64,000 nucleotides of DNA. Source: Amphiscolops sp. MND2022. Taxonomy: Eukaryota. The number at the start of each line of letters is the position of its first letter. Position 1 is the stretch's first letter. Where the stretch lies: contig OZ076409.1 of NCBI GenBank assembly GCA_964187785.1, positions 74,712,001 through 74,776,000 of the forward strand, read 5' to 3'. The notes under the pieces were generated by a model that ran no database searches, was not told where the DNA came from, and saw only the letters and a program-made list of their open reading frames with translations. The position numbers were made by a program, and so were the translations under genes. Shown piece after piece: positions 63,975 to 64,000 of the stretch.

Positions 63975-64000
63975 GTGGTTGGGGCGGTCCCCAGAACGCA
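63975..64000 (+). mobile_element. Unit 32: start of another family A copy
   Basis: GTGGTTGGGGCGGTCCCCAGAACGCA runs to the window edge. Confidence 0.85.

Larger units (their letters stand above)
8550..64000 (+). mobile_element. Tandem head-to-tail array of non-coding cassettes (13 families, 31 complete units) joined at CTAG|GTG; continues past the window end
   Basis: 32 junctions read directly. First base of the CTAG-type tetramer at 9206, 10277, 11346, 14417 (CTGG), 15686 (CTTG), 17075, 18347, 20321, 21710, 23128, 25315, 27995, 29273, 30544, 31614, 33002, 34389, 36383, 37768, 39955, 42331, 43726, 45917, 48302, 50680, 53061, 55265, 56649, 59021, 61398, 62685, 63971. Homology between copies starts and stops at this core. 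Mobility is inferred. Confidence 0.9.

Noticed and set aside
8550..64000. Ordinary satellite or higher-order repeat, rDNA spacer, or 5S/SL/snRNA/histone gene array
   Set aside because: Order is non-periodic with 13 different unit types, and I recognise no rRNA, tRNA, snRNA, spliced-leader or histone sequence. A covariance-model search was not run.
8550..64000. Canonical Helitron tandem array
   Set aside because: The CTAG end fits, but units start GTG rather than TC, the hairpin lies 40-55 nt from the end, and different families join precisely to each other. A divergent HUH relative remains possible.
8550..64000. True bacterial integron or polydnavirus proviral segments
   Set aside because: No intI or cassette ORFs, no attC RYYYAAC/GTTRRRY ends, no viral-type genes, and AGCT occurs at only some junctions. 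Used as analogy only.

Overview
Gene-free, AT-rich and probably eukaryotic DNA; this is inferred from the absence of credible ORFs and the presence of microsatellites and DINE-1/Helentron-like elements. Bases 1-~8550 are ordinary repeat-rich flank. From ~8550 to the window end lies a >55 kb head-to-tail, single-orientation array of non-coding cassettes: 31 complete units of 1.07-3.07 kb plus two partial units, in 13 families by their first bases. Order: A(5'-truncated) B B C D A E F A G H I J D B A A K A H L G H L L L H A L L M M A(partial). Units are joined at a 7-bp core CTAG|GTG (30 of 32 junctions; the others are CTGG|GTG and CTTG|GTG), present once per junction with no target-site duplication. 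Bodies differ between families but share one architecture: (i) a hairpin ~30-60 nt after the junction with a conserved AGGG loop and family-specific stems; (ii) a conserved box ~90-180 nt in; (iii) a 40-50 nt imperfect palindrome 200-650 nt before the end, in four unrelated sequence versions; (iv) in most families, paired CAACGCC(C)AC repeats and a GGGCATGCC-GA-GGCATGCCC hairpin 40-55 nt before CTAG. Near-identical copies have different neighbours on both sides, which indicates single-unit movement rather than block duplication. My best reading, which is inference, is an integron-like array of non-autonomous elements inserting site-specifically into each other's junctions, via an HUH/rolling-circle enzyme or a tyrosine recombinase encoded elsewhere. 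No such enzyme is encoded in this window. Coordinates were read by eye and may be off by a few bases.
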